A stretch of DNA of 64,000 nucleotides from Bugula neritina. Its lineage: Eukaryota; Animalia; Bryozoa. Position numbers and translations under genes: made by a program. The notes beneath the pieces are model-generated. The model made no database searches and had not been told where the DNA came from. It was given only the letters and a program-made list of their open reading frames with translations. The stretch spans positions 5,736,741 to 5,800,740 of the forward strand of contig OZ037768.1 of NCBI GenBank assembly GCA_964035545.1. Reading direction: 5' to 3'. This document shows, piece after piece, positions 59,372 through 64,000 of the stretch; within the stretch, counting starts at the first letter, position 1; every line of letters starts with the position of its first letter.

Positions 59372-62300
59372 TCAGGATATTGTACTTGCATCATTTCCAA
59401 CCCTGGGAGATTCGTGTCTAATGGAAGTTACATTTGTTCTTTTCAAGCTTCTCAGACTACCAGATTGATTAGGTTTCAGGTTAGAAGTAGAAGATTGCTG
59501 GAATAGAGTTCTTTCATACGCTGTTGGTCCCAGCTCTGGTGATAACGAGAGTTTAGCCATATATGCACTGAGCTTGGGTCTTACATCACGTAAATCTGGC
59601 GAAGAGCAAAGTGATGTATCATCACCATCATTGTCAATATTGTTGTTTACTGAAGCAAGATTAGTTGGCTTCAGATGTGTTTGATTGTCTGTGGCTATTT
59701 TTTGTCTTCTTAACTCTTTCTCTTTTAATCTAGCTTTAACTTTATAGTGTAAGGCAGTTTCTCGGTTCTCTAACCCTTTTAATTCTGATTGTTTTTGCCT
59801 CAAAAGAGCCTAAAATATAATTTTATGTATATCTATAATATATATACACACATGTACATATATTAAAAAAAAAACAATGTATAAATTCTCACTTGAGATT
59901 TGTATAGTTTTAAATATCTTGGTATTTTGAAAGCTAAAATGCTGATGAGGTAATTGTGATATTTCTAGATCAGACAAAGCATAAGCTTTAGTAGGTAATT
60001 ATTTATTCAAATGTTGAGAAAGGGCCAAACGGCTCATCCATATGCATTGCATCACATTATTCTGAGGACAAAAGGATACTTCAGGATGGTTTTCTGACTA
60101 AGCATTTCAATGTGTTTTTCTTGTAACCAAGGTAACCAAATTACTGTAATATTGCATTACTACTTTTTTAAGCTCATTCAAAAAGTTTAAAGCTGTACTA
60201 AAAACCAATATTTACATATTTTAATAAGCTGTAATTTGCCCAAATATTGCTCATATAGCTATAACCAACTTAGTATTCCAGTATGAGCAGTGGCAAGCTG
60301 TGTGTTTATCAACATGTTTCAACAGCAGCCTTAGGCTATACCCCTCACTTCCCTCAAGCTGTGATGGGTTGGAATGTTGCACAAAACCAACTCTTAACAA
60401 ACAACTTTATTGGAACTTTGCTAACAGGAACAATATCAGTTGAAGGTTGGCCAACCTTATTGTCTGCTATAATGAATCATTTTGAAAGATGCATGAACCT
60501 ACCTGTAGCTTTTGCCGTCTTTGATGCAGCTCTACTTTCTGACAGATGTTAGAGTTTATTAGAACCAGTCTATAATCAATAAGGGATAAAATCATACATT
60601 GCACAAAACCACATAATATGTGATGAAAATTTGGCCGACAAGCACCTAATCTGGGTAATCCAGTAGATTCATCCTTGAATGTGGACAGAAAAAGGTTCAA
60701 CCATGACTAGCTGGTTATTTGTCAAAGCCTTTTCAGCATTGTGTGATATTCAATGTTTCTAGCCTTTCAAAAATTCACTCTAAGAGTGAGTAGGTGGCCT
60801 TTTGGAATGTTGTGATGAGCGAGTAAGAAAAATATCTGCATTCTTCCTGTTGATGCGATTAAGGTGTCAACTTGAGCCACTATATTCTTGAAAGTTATTG
60901 TCATACGTTATCACTTCTGATTTTCAGTTGATATTAAACTATCTGAGACATGTAAGTTAATGGATATAAATAGTTATCACCAGTTCTCAAATGCTTCAAT
61001 TGGTTTAATTTGGTTTGCCAAGTGGAATGTAAAATTGCTCCAACTTTACTATATATAGTAAAACATGGATCTGCCAAAATACAACTTATGGTTTCGCAAT
61101 ATAAGTTGATTTCCTTTGCTGACAAGAGCAACAATTGTATCTTATACCAAATGTGATAGACTTATGATTTTTCATCCCATGAAGTTTAAAACTTTACAAA
61201 AATTCAATAGCTTGATATTTACTAACTATAGCAGGCTACTGTGGGCTCACCTCATACTGTTTTTACATGCTTTCACTTTGTCCACAAGCTCTGTGTGTGA
61301 AAGATTTTCTGTTGATTGTCCATCTACTGCGAATATTATATCACCTACAAAGTATAGTCGAAATACATGTTGCATCTCACCACTACAGCTGCAATGTTAC
61401 ACACCGTGTACAGTGTACACAGTGTGTCAAATCTGAATCCAAGAACCTAGAGTAATTAGTACCAAGTAGAATGTAGAGTTCTTACCAGCTGTAAATGTGC
61501 TTTCAACTAAACTCTGCAGAGCCATAATAATATGAAACTCCTAACTCGTAAAGCAGCTACCGTGACTATAATATTTTGCTTTGAAAATCTAGCTATGGAA
61601 GAAACTATGTCTGTTTTAAGCTAGGTAGTCGTGTTGTATACAACATGATACACATAGATAGTTATAATATCTGATGTAATCATCTAATCTACCAACTCAT
61701 CAAATATTTCTGGTACACACCCCATTATATCTATAGCATAGACCGGTTCATCATGTTAATCAGATCTTATAACTTTTCTTTTCAAAAAGTATTAGCCAGC
61801 AAAAGTATCATAATACCATTACAAGTTGTCAGTGATCAATTACACTGAGAAATATAAAGGCGACTTAGCCCTTAAATGGTGTGAATACGTAATAATATTT
61901 AGGATAAATGATATGAATTAGTTACCCACAGCTTAAAAAATTACAAGAGGCCTTCATTGGCTTAAAAAGAGTTATTTTCTGTTTGTCGTAATGTATCTAT
62001 GGCATTGAGGCTTAGGTTGATTGCTCGTATCAAGGAAACGAGCAGAAAATCTGCCAAAAGTTACGTCATGTTTGGCTCAGTAACTAGATAAACAATTACT
62101 AGTGTTATACTAGAAACTCCACTCAACTATATCCCTAACTTGTATATCAGTTTCCAAGAGTGGAGTCAAATGTTTTTTGATGAGCTGGGAGTTGTCTATC
62201 TTGAAAGTTAAATGAAGTATTAAAGTAATGTATTCGTGACAATAGACTAATATCCTGCTTCAGAAATTTCAAGTCATTCAGACTTTTTTTACTACTAAAG

Positions 62301-63396
62301 CACTTCTCGAAAAATATTACTTATACTGCAGTAATTCTCTATTTACTAGCAAAAATGTGAAAATATTATACTATATTATATTATCCGTCACATCATAATA
62401 TAATCATATTCGTTCAGCTGTTTCTAATTTTCTTAACTATAAAAATAATATTATAATGAGATTGATGCGGTGTCAATTTTATTCAACAGATTTTGACTGC
62501 AATGCAAATTTAGCAGATATAAAATAAGACCACTTGAGCAATTATCCTGAGGAAATATCCTAGCCATGGCACTTGAATAGAAAAATATGCAAAAAACAAC
62601 TTTAAAACCTGCAGGAGATTTACCCTGACTCCGAGTAACACCTCTTTCCAACATTATATAATGAAACTTTGTTGAAAATTAACTTTTGCAATAATGTCTG
62701 ATAACATACACGAGTTTTGCGGCCTTACACAATAATATTGTGGCTTGTGGTAATATTTCTAAACACATGAAGAATGCATTTCCACTTTTAGCTTCGGAAA
62801 TAGATGAAAGTTTTTTTGCATTTGCATAAATATGAAGTTGAAAATATATAAATTAGAATACTATTTTTATAACAAAGCTTATTTGCCATACAATGGCTGC
62901 ATGCACTCGTGCAGATGGTGTGACTGACACCATTAATCAAGTGTATGGTAATAGTCCAGATGGAAGATACTTGAAGGTGCGTTACATCTCTATATGTTTT
63001 CCCTTTTTAAGCCAATCAAACGTTTACTCAAGCCTAAATAATTTGTTTTCCCAAAAGCATTACTCACCAAATTCAGATTATTTTTACCCATAAAAAAGTG
63101 TATATCATCTAGTTAGTACTGCCAGTGGAGTTTTACCCATTTCCAACTGCCCCAAGATGAGCACAGGTGAATCTAAAGACTTATGAAGATAAACACTCAG
63201 CTATTCTATGGTAGAGAGCCTCTATTGCGGAAAATATCGGCTGTAACAGCTAAGGCTGTGACAATGGTATTAGTAAGTAAATACTTGACTCACTTCTCCG
63301 CATTCCAGACAGGAAAGCTGGGCTTTTCATTTCCACGTAATCCACGTATGTGTAGTTTTCAATGCACTTGGTAGCAGTGTTGTATATGCCGTAAGA
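59372..63396 (-). CDS. Tamalin/GRASP/CYTIP-like PDZ + coiled-coil scaffold (cytohesin partner), 5'-partial
   Basis: Exons 63396-63294, 61344-61251, 60569-60503, 59809-59372 give SYGIYNTATKCIENYTYVDYVEMKSPAFLSGMRRSDIIFAVDGQSTENLSHTELVDKVKACKNSMRLVLINSNICQKVELHQRRQKLQALLRQKQSELKGLE: a PDZ C-terminal half followed by the KVEL..R...LQ..L..K..EL zipper typical of this family. Confidence 0.85.
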
Positions 63397-63710
63397 CTGA
63401 AATAATATAAAATATCAATACTGTGTCAAAATATAGGTCAGGGAAACTATACAATTTATCAATATGTACTGCTGTAGTCAATTTATTATATAATTGACTA
63501 ATTATAATATATAGACTACCACAAGTACTTTTTGTGAAAAAATAAGTAATCAATATTAAGAAAAGCGATTGCTAATAGACGGCATATGTCATAACAGCTT
63601 CAATGTGTATATTTAGCAACGGCTTCATCCAGGTGTTTCACAAACTTATCAGAAATGAAGATGCAGCTGCAAGAAATCTATTCTTTCAGAGTATGATGAA
63701 ACGAGATAAG
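62893..63710 (+). CDS. Possible small antisense gene interleaved with the tamalin-like gene (two candidate exons)
   Basis: ATG exon 62893-62976 (AAG|gtgcgt) and exon 63633-63710 (catccag|GTG...AAG|gtttgt) join in phase 0: MAACTRADGVTDTINQVYGNSPDGRYLKVFHKLIRNEDAAARNLFFQSMMKRDK. No family recognised. Confidence 0.3.
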
Positions 63711-64000
63711 GTTTGTTATAGAGTGATATTTTAAAAAATTAAAACTAATGTTGGTGCTGCAAGATTGGTGCAGTTTATATATTGCATTAGACAGAAATGT
63801 ATCTACGCAAGACATGAGAGTTGCGCCCTCCCAGCAGAATAATTAGCTTTGTGTGGGAAATCATAGGTAATCAAACTCTACAGTGTGGGAACTAATATTA
63901 GTACACGGAACAACAGCTGTACTTTATAATGCAGTAAAGGCACAGACCTTTTACATAGTGTTATAATAATAACACAAATGAGCACTCTCCATAATATACA

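Overview
AT-rich, intron-dense DNA from an invertebrate animal (species not determinable from sequence alone). I built ten GT-AG spliced gene models by hand, in order: calaxin/EFCAB1 (+, 5' end outside the window); a BICD-related dynein adaptor (-); alkyl-DHAP synthase AGPS (-); three paralogous C2H2 zinc-finger genes (+,-,+); a ~667-aa protein with three tandem SENP6/7-like PH-type repeats and a C-terminal Mind-bomb-type RING (+); VPS25 (-); UBE2F (+); and a tamalin/GRASP/CYTIP-like PDZ gene (-, 5' end outside the window). Non-coding structure: a 3.6-kb foldback with an abrupt step in arm identity, a 455-bp near-perfect palindrome, a 147-bp hairpin, a hAT-like MITE, minisatellites, and TA-triplet low-complexity tracts clustered at gene 5' ends. 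Best candidates for something new: (1) the 3xPH-like + RING protein, an apparently novel E3 architecture using a SUMO-protease accessory domain; (2) an AGPS that appears to use PTS1 (-AKL) rather than PTS2; (3) the zinc-finger family with a conserved terminal EAAEGLLAA helix on its own exon. Family assignments come from recalled motifs, not database searches. Exon coordinates were read by eye and could be off by a few bases.
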